Assembly: GCA_965248445.1 (NCBI GenBank)
Contig: CBDFJG010000003.1
Location: forward strand, 1,440,001-1,504,000
Origin: Planctomycetota bacterium
Lineage (GTDB): Bacteria > Planctomycetota > JAJSAM01 > JAJVHW01
Direction: 5' to 3'
Length of the DNA stretch: 64,000 nt
Shown: positions 43,131 to 52,525 of the stretch, piece after piece
Layout of the letters: every line of letters starts with the position of its first letter
Numbering within the stretch: the first letter of the stretch is position 1
The notes under the pieces: model-generated
The model's input: only the letters and a program-made list of their open reading frames with translations
Databases searched by the model: none
Told to the model about the DNA's origin: nothing
Translations under genes and position numbers: made by a program

Positions 43131-44078
43131 TTACCTCGTCAGCTTCCTGCGCAGCTCGGACTCGAACTTCACCGCCGCGTCGAACGTGGACGTGATCCGC
43201 AACTCGGACTTCGTGACGTCCCACAGTCGCTCGATCGCCTTCTTGTAGTCCTTGTCCTTCGCGAGAGTTCGCGCGGTCGAGAGCGCCTCGTCCTGGTCGG
43301 CCAGTCGCCGCTGCACAGTCTTCCAATACTCCGGGAACGCGTCCTCGGCGGTGCGCGCCAGGAACTTCGTGATCTCCTTGGACCTCCGCATCGGTCGGGT
43401 GGCCGCAACGACCTTCAGGTCCTGGCCGATGACCGTCAGGGCCGGCCCGTCGCCCGTCGAGAAGCGGCGCAACAGGTCCGCATCGCTCTCGCCCGCGTCG
43501 ACCATCACCAGCCGATACAGCTTGCTCCACCGCGCAACGGTCTCGTCGTCGAACGCGTCACACAGATCGTGCGACTTCTTGGCGTTGCCGGAGAGCGGCG
43601 CGTGGTGATCGTCCTCTTCGCCATCGTGCGCGTGGTCGTTCGCGTGGTCGACGTCGTGCGGGTGGTGGATGTAGAGCAGCGTCGGACGCGGACCGGAGCG
43701 GCGCATCCGGAGCACCTTCGCGAGGTGCGCGTCGAGATCCGCGGCAGCTTCCGCATCGTTCCCCGTCAGCGTCCGAGGCTGGGTCAGCACCACGCGCATC
43801 CACTGGATGTGCGTCATCACGTCGGCGTCGTCGCCCCGCGCTCCCGTCCGCGCGGAGTAGCCGCCCCCGCCGCCGGTCAGGTCCGTCGCACCGCCCGTGA
43901 TCGGTCCGGCAGCGCGGCCGGGCGCCGGCGGCGCCTCGGGGTTGCCGCCCGTCGAGCCAATCGTCTCGCCGACGACGACCACACGTCCGCCGCCCCCACC
44001 GCAGCTGGGCGCCACGAAGTGAAACGTGAACAGCGCTGTTGCCAGCGCGGGGACGAGCAGAGAGTGTGTCGTGAACAT
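43131..44078 (-). CDS. Hypothetical exported/lipoprotein, possible degenerate thioredoxin-like domain
   Basis: Signal peptide ending in Cys, Gly-rich linker, RPTLLYIH, His/Asp-rich insert. Confidence 0.55.
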   Translation of the reverse strand: MFTTHSLLVPALATALFTFHFVAPSCGGGGGRVVVVGETIGSTGGNPEAPPAPGRAAGPITGGATDLTGGGGGYSARTGARGDDADVMTHIQWMRVVLTQPRTLTGNDAEAAADLDAHLAKVLRMRRSGPRPTLLYIHHPHDVDHANDHAHDGEEDDHHAPLSGNAKKSHDLCDAFDDETVARWSKLYRLVMVDAGESDADLLRRFSTGDGPALTVIGQDLKVVAATRPMRRSKEITKFLARTAEDAFPEYWKTVQRRLADQDEALSTARTLAKDKDYKKAIERLWDVTKSELRITSTFDAAVKFESELRRKLTR

Positions 44079-44103
44079 GGGAGCCTCCGTGTTGCGATCC
44101 GCC

Positions 44104-46053
44104 TTAGCGGATGGTCATGAGCTTGTAGAGGGACGGAGCGGCGCCGATCGCCCTGTAGTTGAAGCCGGCAACGAAGCCGCGCACGACGGACGGGCGCCCT
44201 TGCGCCGCGACGTCGCCGAGTGCTCGGACTGCCAGCAGTCGCGCCTCGACGTCGCTCGGGAGCACGGCGTCGGCCGTGACGATGGAGACGAGAGGAACGA
44301 TCGCGCGGCGATCGCCGAGGCGGCCGAGCGCCAGCGCGACGGTACCGCGCAGATGACGGCTCTCCGTGTCCGCGAACAGCGCCAGCAGTTCCTCCACCGC
44401 GCGAGCGTCATCTCCGAACGCAGCCGCTGTTGCCGCCTGCAATTGGACGGCACGGCTGCGATCGCCGACGAGCGCGTCCACGACCTCGGACCGCGCCTCG
44501 TTGCCGCCGAGCAAGCCGAGCGACATCACGACCTTGCCGCGCAAGTGCTCGGCGCCCGCGAGATCGTCCACGCGGTACTCGCAGGCGAGCAGGTCTCCGG
44601 TCGCCGCCGTGTCGCGGGCGAGGCCGAGTCCGATGGCACACGCCCCGCGGACGCGGGGGCGCACAGCCGAGACGGAGTCCCATGCCGCCCGTAGCGGCCG
44701 GCGCGCCGCTGCCGCGTGCTCGGCGCGTCCTTCGCTGCCTCCGAGCGCGGTCGCGAGACCGAGCGCCAGCGCAGCGTACGGACGCACGATCTCTGCAGGC
44801 TGTCCGCTCGACAGCTGCTTACGCAGCGTGACCCACAGCCTCTGTTCGTGCCGTTCCGCGAGTGCGTGCTCGGCGATCACGCGACCGATCGAGAGGAGCG
44901 CGAACCCCCGCACAGCTGCGTCCTCGTCATCTTCGGCCGCACTGCGCAGCGCATTCGCGGTGGCCTGCGGCGCGCGGTCGGACTCGACGGCCCCGAGGCG
45001 GCCGAGGGCCAACACCGCCGAACGGCGCACGTTGACGTCCGCGCGGAAGTGGAAGAGCTGCGCCGTGATGACGCGACGAACCGCGTCCGGCCCCGCCGTC
45101 GCACCTGCGCTCCCGATCCGGCCCAGGGCGTCGATCGCGAACGACCGGGCGCTGGCGGGAACGGACGGCGGCTCCGTCGTCGCCATGTCCGGGTGCACCA
45201 CGTGCAAGAGCGGATCGACGGCAGACTCGTGCCCCAGGTAGCCCAGTGTGAGCAGCGTCGCCGCCGCGGTGTCGTCGTCCATCACGTCGATCGTGAGGAG
45301 ATCGAGCAGGAAGGTGGTCGCGCGTTCCTCATCCCCCGTGCTGCGCCCCAAGAGACCGAGCGCGACGATCGCGAACGAGCGAGTGCGCCCGCCTTCCCGC
45401 CGCATGGCCGCTGCGTTCAACGCGTTCCACGCGATAGGCAAGTCGGCGCCCAGCACGCCGAGCGCCAGCGCTGCTGCTTCCTGGACGTCCTGTGCGACCG
45501 TGTCGTCGTCGTTCCTCAGGAGCCGGGCGAATCGCCCGGCCTGCGTCGTGTCGCCGGCTTTGGCGAGCGACAGCGCGGCCGCCGCGCGAACGCGCGCCCC
45601 CTCGTCGTCCGATGCGAGGATCGCGCGTAACTGCGGGAGGATCTCCTCGCGGATCGCGCCCCTGGTCGCGTGCTCGATACGCGCGCGCGGCGCCCGGCGC
45701 GAGAAGACGGATGCTGCACCACCACCGACCTCGGCAGGCGCCCCGGTCCGCAGGGCCACGAGCACCTCGTCGCGGTTGAAGTTCCACCAGTACGTCCAGT
45801 CCCACGCGGTATCGGCCATCGCCTCCGCGCCGGCGACCGCGTCGAGCGCTCCCGGCGTTCCGGCGATCGTGATGTCGAGGGCCTCCGCCGTCTGGGGAGC
45901 GGCCTGACCGGTCGGCTGCCCGGCGCCTCCGGGACCCGGTTTGGGCGTCGGTGCCGGACGGCTGGTCGCGGTCGCGACCGGCGCGAGGCAGGTCAGCGCG
46001 AAGAGGCTGAAGAAGAGGCCGCAGATGCTCCGAAGCGACGCCTGTCCGTGCAT
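44104..46053 (-). CDS. Exported HEAT-repeat protein
   Basis: Signal peptide, WDWTYWWNFNRD motif, repeated VR.AAALALG.LG. Confidence 0.8.
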   Translation of the reverse strand: MHGQASLRSICGLFFSLFALTCLAPVATATSRPAPTPKPGPGGAGQPTGQAAPQTAEALDITIAGTPGALDAVAGAEAMADTAWDWTYWWNFNRDEVLVALRTGAPAEVGGGAASVFSRRAPRARIEHATRGAIREEILPQLRAILASDDEGARVRAAAALSLAKAGDTTQAGRFARLLRNDDDTVAQDVQEAAALALGVLGADLPIAWNALNAAAMRREGGRTRSFAIVALGLLGRSTGDEERATTFLLDLLTIDVMDDDTAAATLLTLGYLGHESAVDPLLHVVHPDMATTEPPSVPASARSFAIDALGRIGSAGATAGPDAVRRVITAQLFHFRADVNVRRSAVLALGRLGAVESDRAPQATANALRSAAEDDEDAAVRGFALLSIGRVIAEHALAERHEQRLWVTLRKQLSSGQPAEIVRPYAALALGLATALGGSEGRAEHAAAARRPLRAAWDSVSAVRPRVRGACAIGLGLARDTAATGDLLACEYRVDDLAGAEHLRGKVVMSLGLLGGNEARSEVVDALVGDRSRAVQLQAATAAAFGDDARAVEELLALFADTESRHLRGTVALALGRLGDRRAIVPLVSIVTADAVLPSDVEARLLAVRALGDVAAQGRPSVVRGFVAGFNYRAIGAAPSLYKLMTIR

Positions 46054-46299
46054 CTCTGCTCCCTTCCAGCGGGAGCGCCGCGATCCGTTGGCGCTCACGG
46101 GGCGGGCAACGCAACCGCGATACCGCGAGCCGCGAGAGGGCGATGCGTCGTCTCAAGAGTCTGCGGAGCAACGATTTGCGCTCGATCCGCTGGACGGTGG
46201 GCAGCGTTACCGGCCCGTCACGGCCGGGGAGCGACAGACACGCACCCGCAGTGCGAAGCGGCGCGCCTTACGTGTTCGGACGCGAGATGAAACGTCGCT

Positions 46300-46324
46300 G
46301 TAGGGGCGGGGCGCTGCCCCGCCC
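46300..46324 (+). repeat. GTAG-type REP-like palindrome
   Basis: GTAG followed by GGGCGGGGC-gct-GCCCCGCCC, in intergenic DNA. Confidence 0.5.
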
Positions 46325-46401
46325 GCGCTCTCGTCGAGGACACTGCGCGGCCCATACGACGCCACGCCGGTGCGCTGCGCGCACGCGTCGCGGCTCCGCC
46401 G

Positions 46402-47457
46402 CTACTTCTGCAGCGCCTCGACGACCCAGTCGCCGATCTCGCTGGTGCCGTGGGTGCCGGCGCGGAGGCTCTTCACCTTGCCGGTGACGAGCAGTTCGCT
46501 GACTGCGCCATCGATCGCGGCCCCGGCCTCCCTCTCGCCGAGGTGATCCAGCATCATGGCCACGGCCACGACGGCTGCGATCGGGTTGGCCTTGTTTTGC
46601 CCGGCGTACTTGGGCGCGGAACCATGGATCGGCTCGAACATCGACACCCTGCCCGGGTGGATGTTGCCCGAGGCCGCGATGCCCATGCCGCCCTGAATCG
46701 CGGCGCCGAGGTCGGTGATGATGTCGCCGAACAGGTTCGGCGTGACGATCGTGTCGTAGTGCTCCGGGCTCTTCAGGAACCACATGCACGTCGCATCGAC
46801 GTAGCCGTGGTCCGTCTCGATGTCCGGATACTCCTTCGCGATCTCGGCGAAGACGCGTGTCCACAGATCCTGCGCTCGGATGGCGTTCGCCTTGTCCACG
46901 AGCGTCAGGCGCTTCTTCTTGTCGCGCCGACGGCAGAGATCGAACGAGTAGCGAATCACGCGCTCGACGCCGTCGCGCGTCCAGACCATCGTCTGCGTGG
47001 CGACCTCGCTCTTCGTGCCCTTGCGCAGGATGCCGCCGATGCCGGCGTACGCACCCTCGGTGTTCTCACGCACGACGGTGAAGTCGACGTCCTCCGGTTT
47101 CTTGCCCTTGATCGGGCAGAGTCGCTCGTCGTACAGCTTGATGGGCCGCAGGTTGACGTACAGGTCGAGACCGAACCGGACGCCCGCGATGATCGCGCGC
47201 TCCAGCATGCCGACCTCGACGCGCGGATCGCCGATGGCGCCGAGGAAGATGGCGTCGTGGCCGGACAGTTCCGCCAGCGCCCTCTCCGGCAGCATCTCGC
47301 CCGTCTCGAGGTAGTGGTCCGTGCCGTACGGGTAGTCCGTCGTCTCGACGTTGAAACCGAAGATCTCCGACGCCGTGTGCAGGGCCTTCAAGCCCTCGCG
47401 CACGACCTCGGGTCCGATTCCGTCGCCGCCCAGCACAGCGATCCGATGCGTCGCCAT
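46402..47457 (-). CDS. leuB: 3-isopropylmalate dehydrogenase
   Basis: GDGIGPEV, GMLER..RF.LDLYVNLRP, RENTEG, DKAN, NLFGDIITD, FEPIHGSAP. Confidence 0.8.
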   Translation of the reverse strand: MATHRIAVLGGDGIGPEVVREGLKALHTASEIFGFNVETTDYPYGTDHYLETGEMLPERALAELSGHDAIFLGAIGDPRVEVGMLERAIIAGVRFGLDLYVNLRPIKLYDERLCPIKGKKPEDVDFTVVRENTEGAYAGIGGILRKGTKSEVATQTMVWTRDGVERVIRYSFDLCRRRDKKKRLTLVDKANAIRAQDLWTRVFAEIAKEYPDIETDHGYVDATCMWFLKSPEHYDTIVTPNLFGDIITDLGAAIQGGMGIAASGNIHPGRVSMFEPIHGSAPKYAGQNKANPIAAVVAVAMMLDHLGEREAGAAIDGAVSELLVTGKVKSLRAGTHGTSEIGDWVVEALQK

Positions 47458-47524
47458 CCGTGTTCTCCGTCCGTGTGAGTTGAGTGAGTTCTGAGTCTCT
47501 GCCTGAGGTTCAGCTGTGAGCCGT

Positions 47525-48733
47525 CTAGGAGGCCGCTGGATTCTCGAGAAGGACCGCGATGCCCTGGCCGCCGCCGATGCACGCCGACGCGATGCCGTAG
47601 CGGCTGCCGCGATCCGACAACTCGCGCGCGATGGTGAGCAGGAGGCGCGTGCCCGTGGCTCCCAGCGGATGCCCCAGGGCGATCGCGCCCCCGTTGACGT
47701 TCACCTTCTCGCGGTCGAGCTCGAGCTCCTTCTCGCACGCCAGGTACTGCGCCGAGAAGGCCTCGTTGATCTCGAAGAGGTCGATCTGGTCCATCGAGAC
47801 GCCCGTCTTGTCGCAGACGCTGCGAATGGCCGGCACGGGGCCGATCCCCATGATCTTCGGATCGACGCCGGCGTACGCCCATCCGCGCACGATCGCGAGC
47901 GGCTTGCGGCCGGACGCGCGCGCGTTCTCGGCCGTGGTCGCGATCAGAGCTGCCGCGCCGTCCACGATGCCCGACGCGTTGCCGGCCGTGACGGTGCCTT
48001 CCTTGCCGAATGCCGCGCGCAGCTTGCTCAGCGCCTCGAGCGACGTGTCGGGCTTGATGTGGTCGTCGGAGTCCGCCACGAACTCCTTGCGGCCCTTCTT
48101 GACGGTGACCGGGACGATCTCCGCCGCGAACTTGCCGGCCTGCACTGCAGCCGTGCCGAGCTGGTGCGAGCGGAACGCGTACTCGTCCTGCTCCGCGCGC
48201 GAGATGTCGTGCTGCTTGGCGAGGTTCTCCGCGGTCTGCGCCATGAAGAACCCGCAGAACGGGTCCATCAGCGAGGCGAACAGCAGGTCCTCCATCTCGA
48301 CACCGGGTCCAAGACGCAGTCCCGAGCGCAGGCCGCGCACCACGTGCGGCGCCTGGCTCATGTTCTCCATGCCGCCGGCGACCATCGTCGTGCCCTCGCC
48401 GAGCATCAGCATCTGCGAGACGTTGACGAGGCTCTGCAGTCCGCTGCCGCAGAGACGGTTGACGGTCAGCGCGGGGACCTTCTGGTCCACGCCCGCCTTC
48501 AACGCGACATGCCGGGCGCCGTAGATGGCGTCCGACGACGTCTGCAGCGCGTTGCCGACGACCACGTGGTCGATCTCGTCGGCGGAGACACCCGTCTTGG
48601 CGAGCGCTCCCTCGAGCGCGCGGGCGCCGAGGTCGTTGGCGCTGACGGTGTTGAACTTGCCGAACCCCGGTGTACCGACGTACTCCGCCATCGCGGTACG
48701 CGCGCCCCCCAGGATCACGATCTCCTTCGACAT
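47525..48733 (-). CDS. Acetyl-CoA C-acyltransferase (thiolase)
   Basis: NRLCGSG, GGMENMS, NEAF, GAIALGHPLGATG, CIGGGQG. Confidence 0.95.
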   Translation of the reverse strand: MSKEIVILGGARTAMAEYVGTPGFGKFNTVSANDLGARALEGALAKTGVSADEIDHVVVGNALQTSSDAIYGARHVALKAGVDQKVPALTVNRLCGSGLQSLVNVSQMLMLGEGTTMVAGGMENMSQAPHVVRGLRSGLRLGPGVEMEDLLFASLMDPFCGFFMAQTAENLAKQHDISRAEQDEYAFRSHQLGTAAVQAGKFAAEIVPVTVKKGRKEFVADSDDHIKPDTSLEALSKLRAAFGKEGTVTAGNASGIVDGAAALIATTAENARASGRKPLAIVRGWAYAGVDPKIMGIGPVPAIRSVCDKTGVSMDQIDLFEINEAFSAQYLACEKELELDREKVNVNGGAIALGHPLGATGTRLLLTIARELSDRGSRYGIASACIGGGQGIAVLLENPAAS

Positions 48734-48811
48734 GTCCTCATCTCCTCTCGTCCCGGCGCGTCGGTCTCGCAGTGCGTCCCGGCCGGGGTGGACGCACCGC
48801 CGCGGCGCCGC

Positions 48812-49606
48812 TCAGGCGCCGCAGAAGTCGGGCTTCCGCTTCTCCAGGAATGCGCGAGTGCCCTCGCGCATGTCCGCCGTCGCGAAGACCAGCCCAAACA
48901 GGTCGCGCTCGGCGGCAAGTCCGTCTTCGAGCGAGCCCCCGATGCCGCGCAGCACCGCGTCGGTCGCGAAACGCACGGCCACAGGTCCACGCTTCGCGAT
49001 GCGGCCGGCCGTCTTCAGCGCCGTGGCCGTCAGGTCCTCCGGCGGGACGACCTGCGTGACGAGGCCGTACGAGAGCGCCGTCTGCGCATCGATCATGTCG
49101 CCGGTCTGGATCATGGCAAGCGCGCGGCCCACCCCGATCGTGCGCGCCAGCCGCTGCGTGCCGCCGTACCCGGGAATGACGCCGAGCGTGACCTCGGGAA
49201 GCCCCATGCGAGCGTTCTCCGAGGCGATCCTGACGTGGCAGGCCAGCGCCAGTTCGAGTCCGCCGCCGAGCGCGAACCCGTTGATCGCTCCGACGACCGG
49301 CTTGCCGCAGGCTTCGAGCGCGCCGAGTACCCGCTGGCCCTTGGCGGACGCCGCGCGGGCACCGGTGGGCGTGAGCGCGGCGAGTTCCTCGATGTCGGCA
49401 CCGGCCACGAAGGCCTTCGGTCCGTCGCCGGTCACGACGAGTGCGACCACCGCGTCGTCTTCAGTCAGCTCGGCGATCGCGGACTCGAACTCGTCGAGCG
49501 TGCGGTCGTTGAGGGCGTTCAGCGCCTCGGGACGGCAGATCGTGACGACGGCGATGCCGTCGTCGACGCGCGTCTGCACGAACTCCCGAGTACCCGAATC
49601 AGCCAT
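48812..49606 (-). CDS. Enoyl-CoA hydratase (crotonase family)
   Basis: RPEALNAL, AFVAGADI, NGFALGGGLELALAC, GLPEV.LG.IPGYGGTQRL. Confidence 0.93.
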   Translation of the reverse strand: MADSGTREFVQTRVDDGIAVVTICRPEALNALNDRTLDEFESAIAELTEDDAVVALVVTGDGPKAFVAGADIEELAALTPTGARAASAKGQRVLGALEACGKPVVGAINGFALGGGLELALACHVRIASENARMGLPEVTLGVIPGYGGTQRLARTIGVGRALAMIQTGDMIDAQTALSYGLVTQVVPPEDLTATALKTAGRIAKRGPVAVRFATDAVLRGIGGSLEDGLAAERDLFGLVFATADMREGTRAFLEKRKPDFCGA

Positions 49607-49618
49607 CAACGACTCCCT

Positions 49619-49686
49619 GCCTCTGTTCAAGAAGGCCCTGCCCGTATTCAAGAAGGCCGGCCCGTGTTCAAGAAGGACCGGCCCGT
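49619..49686. repeat. Three imperfect 20-21 bp direct repeats upstream of the crotonase gene
   Basis: Core TTCAAGAAGG at 49626, 49647 and 49667. Confidence 0.85.
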
Positions 49687-49862
49687 CGGGACGGCCGTCC
49701 GGAGGTCTCCCGACGCACTTTCCCGTCGCATGGCGCGAGGGAACGGGCGACGGTACCCGCGACCCTGGGGAGGGGCCAGAACTCCTGGCTCCGGACGGCT
49801 CTCTCAGGCTCCCGGTCGTCGACTTTCCCGCCCGGCGTGCGCGTGTGCCGCAACGCGGGTGG

Positions 49863-51293
49863 TCAGAGCGTCTCCAGGAAGGCCTGGAAGTCGTTCTCGA
49901 GCTTCTGCAGATCGGCCCCGAACGTCTCGTCGAACAGCTGCTGCGAGGGCTTGGCATCGCCGGCGTCCGGCTTGTCGAACACGGCCCCGAGCGCCTTGCC
50001 GCGGCACATGTCCTCCCACGTCTCGAAGCGCTCGCGGAGGTTGTCGCCCCCGCCCTTGCGGAGGAACGTCACGAGCGCCCACGATTCGGCGTAGAAGTTC
50101 CGCGCCTTCCCCTTGTCGGACTGCAAGAGCTTGAGCGCGTTGCCGGCGAACAGCGTCTTCAGCGGGATGTAGTTCTTCTCGTTCTTGAGCGCATCGGTCT
50201 TGTGCTTGGCGAGGTTCCCGTGCGTGGTCAGCTCGCCGTCCTTCCAGGTGTAGACACCCTGCCCGCCGTAGGTCTCCGCGAAGCCCTCGCTGTACCAGCT
50301 CGGCATCATCGAGCGCGTGACGCCGTACATGAACAGGTGCGACATCTCGTGCAGCGCGATGCCGAGCACGTTGTGACGGTCTTGTCCCTTGCCGTTGACG
50401 AGTGCCAGGTTGGCGCCGCCGATGGCGAGACCGGCCGCGACCCGGTGTGCCTTCATCTCCGCCGCTTCGAGATACGCCTCGTAGGTCTTGGTCTCGTTGA
50501 ACACGAAGATCGTCATGCGCTTGGTCGGCCGTCCGCCGGTGTCCTCGGTCAGGATCGGCAGCAGCGCCTCGCAACAGGCGAGCACGTCCGCCGCCTCCTC
50601 CTGACTCGTCTGACTGCGCACGCGGAGCCGCTCGGACTCGACCTCGTGGATCGCCGACACGTCCGGGATGCGCTCCAGGAACTTGTCCCGGACGTACAGC
50701 TTGTCGTTGATCGTGATCGCCTCGCCGACGATCTCGGTCGACAGGTCGGCGGGGAGCTTGCCCGCATCGATCTCGACCAGGCCCTTGTCGTTGACCTCGA
50801 GCGGCATGTCGCGCGCACGCAACAGCGCGAGGAACTCCTGCTTGCCCTGCTCGAGACCCTTGCCGTGCGCCCACTTGGCAAGTCTGAACCGGTCCTTCTC
50901 AGCCGACTTGGTGGCCTTCTGCGTCTTCTTCTCATACGCGGCGAGCAGTTTGGTGTGCGTCTTGCGGCGGCGCTTCTTCCAGAAGTCGTCGCCCAGCGAC
51001 CGCACCATGTTGAGCACCTTCTGCGCCCCCGGGTGGCGGTGCTCGGAGACCTCAACTGCGCGGATGAACTCGGCGGTCGCCTGGGACACGAGCCCCTGGT
51101 TGCGGCACCAGATTCCGAGTTCGAGGTGCCGGTGCCCCGACTCCACGAGCACCTTGCGCTTCTTCTTGTCGAAGTCCTGCCCGGCCTTGAGCGCCGCGCG
51201 GTCGAACTTGTCCTGCGCGACGGCGGGCGCGGCGACAGGGGTGAGAAGCAGCAGAAGAACAACAACAAGCGCAATCCCGAGCACGCGCTGCAT
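49863..51293 (-). CDS. Exported DUF1570-like zinc metallopeptidase
   Basis: Signal peptide; LHEMSHL...PSWYSEGFAE; FYAESWALV. Confidence 0.75.
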   Translation of the reverse strand: MQRVLGIALVVVLLLLLTPVAAPAVAQDKFDRAALKAGQDFDKKKRKVLVESGHRHLELGIWCRNQGLVSQATAEFIRAVEVSEHRHPGAQKVLNMVRSLGDDFWKKRRRKTHTKLLAAYEKKTQKATKSAEKDRFRLAKWAHGKGLEQGKQEFLALLRARDMPLEVNDKGLVEIDAGKLPADLSTEIVGEAITINDKLYVRDKFLERIPDVSAIHEVESERLRVRSQTSQEEAADVLACCEALLPILTEDTGGRPTKRMTIFVFNETKTYEAYLEAAEMKAHRVAAGLAIGGANLALVNGKGQDRHNVLGIALHEMSHLFMYGVTRSMMPSWYSEGFAETYGGQGVYTWKDGELTTHGNLAKHKTDALKNEKNYIPLKTLFAGNALKLLQSDKGKARNFYAESWALVTFLRKGGGDNLRERFETWEDMCRGKALGAVFDKPDAGDAKPSQQLFDETFGADLQKLENDFQAFLETL

Positions 51294-51340
51294 GTGAGCC
51301 TCCCTATGCAGGAGGCGACTCTACGGGACCCTTGGCGCTT

Positions 51341-52432
51341 CTACCGCTGTTCGCCGAACAGGTCGTCGAGCGTACGGCGTACGTCGAAGGCGCGCAGTCC
51401 GAGGCCGGTCTCCAGTGCGCCCTCCGCGCCCTCCTGCGGGACGTCGAGGTAGCTGCTCCCGACCACCGTGGTGCGTCGGTCCCCGTGCGCGATGCGGATG
51501 CCGACGGCGTACAGCCCGGCCTCCCGCACTTCGATGGACACCGAGGGCGCTCCGGCAAGAAGCGGCGACATGAACTCGACGCGCCGCCGCCGGCGCGTAC
51601 GTGGCGGCGGACCGTCTGCGGTGCTCGTGCCGGCCACCGCGACCCACCGCAAGGCCACGGCCAGCTCGGCGCCCGCCGGCGCTGCGGGCAGGTCCGTGGG
51701 CAGCGTCACGTCGACGCGCAGCGGGTCCGCAAGCCGCACGGCTTCCGAATCCGCGAGGGCGATGCGCGGAAGGATCACGGACGGCGGCTGCACCATTGCC
51801 TCACGCTCCGCGGGGGGGGCGGCGACGGCCGCCCCAACATCGACAGCGCGTGGCTGGGTGCGTACGACAACGACCTCGAGGAAACGCTCGCCGGGTTCGA
51901 ACGGAACGGGCGGGTCGGCGGTCCACTCCCCCGTCGCGTCCAACTCGAGGCCCGCGTAGCCCTCCAGCTCGCACCGCACGACGAACCCGCCGTACGCGTC
52001 CGTCGTGGTCGACAGGTCCCGCTCGTCGAGGTACTGCACCGCGCCGTGCACGCGTACGACCAGAGGGACGCCGCGAGCGAGGCTCCCGTCATCGCTGATC
52101 GCCCGCCCCGCCACCAGGATCTCCGTCTCCCGGTCCGGCCATGCCTCGGCCGGCGGCGGGTCGAGCTCCGGTGCAGGGATCTCCACCGGCGGCCGGCCCC
52201 TGGTGGAAATCGGGTCGGCGGGTGGAGGCGTCCGCTCGGCGCGTATCGGGAGCGGCGCAGGAGGCGGCGGGGGCGCTGCCCGCGGCAACTCTGCAAGGCC
52301 GAGATCTGGCGGCGGCACGCTCATCGGGAGCTCGCCCGGGAACAGGGCGGGCACGGCCAAGAACAACACCCCAAGGCCGCCCGCAAGGAACGCGAGCACT
52401 ATCGGGGCGAGACGACGCACCTGCTGTGACAC
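51341..52432 (-). CDS. Hypothetical Pro-rich membrane-anchored protein
   Basis: N-terminal TM, Pro-rich linker, beta-sandwich-like GR...G.P..V...TTDAYG.F. Confidence 0.55.
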   Translation of the reverse strand: MSQQVRRLAPIVLAFLAGGLGVLFLAVPALFPGELPMSVPPPDLGLAELPRAAPPPPPAPLPIRAERTPPPADPISTRGRPPVEIPAPELDPPPAEAWPDRETEILVAGRAISDDGSLARGVPLVVRVHGAVQYLDERDLSTTTDAYGGFVVRCELEGYAGLELDATGEWTADPPVPFEPGERFLEVVVVRTQPRAVDVGAAVAAPPAEREAMVQPPSVILPRIALADSEAVRLADPLRVDVTLPTDLPAAPAGAELAVALRWVAVAGTSTADGPPPRTRRRRRVEFMSPLLAGAPSVSIEVREAGLYAVGIRIAHGDRRTTVVGSSYLDVPQEGAEGALETGLGLRAFDVRRTLDDLFGEQR

Positions 52433-52525
52433 GGTAAGCCGTCTATCGGCGTGCGCGGACTCCGATCTCCAGTCCCCCCGCGTTCGGGATGAAGGAGTCT
52501 GGCCGGGGACGCCGCGTGGCGCGCC

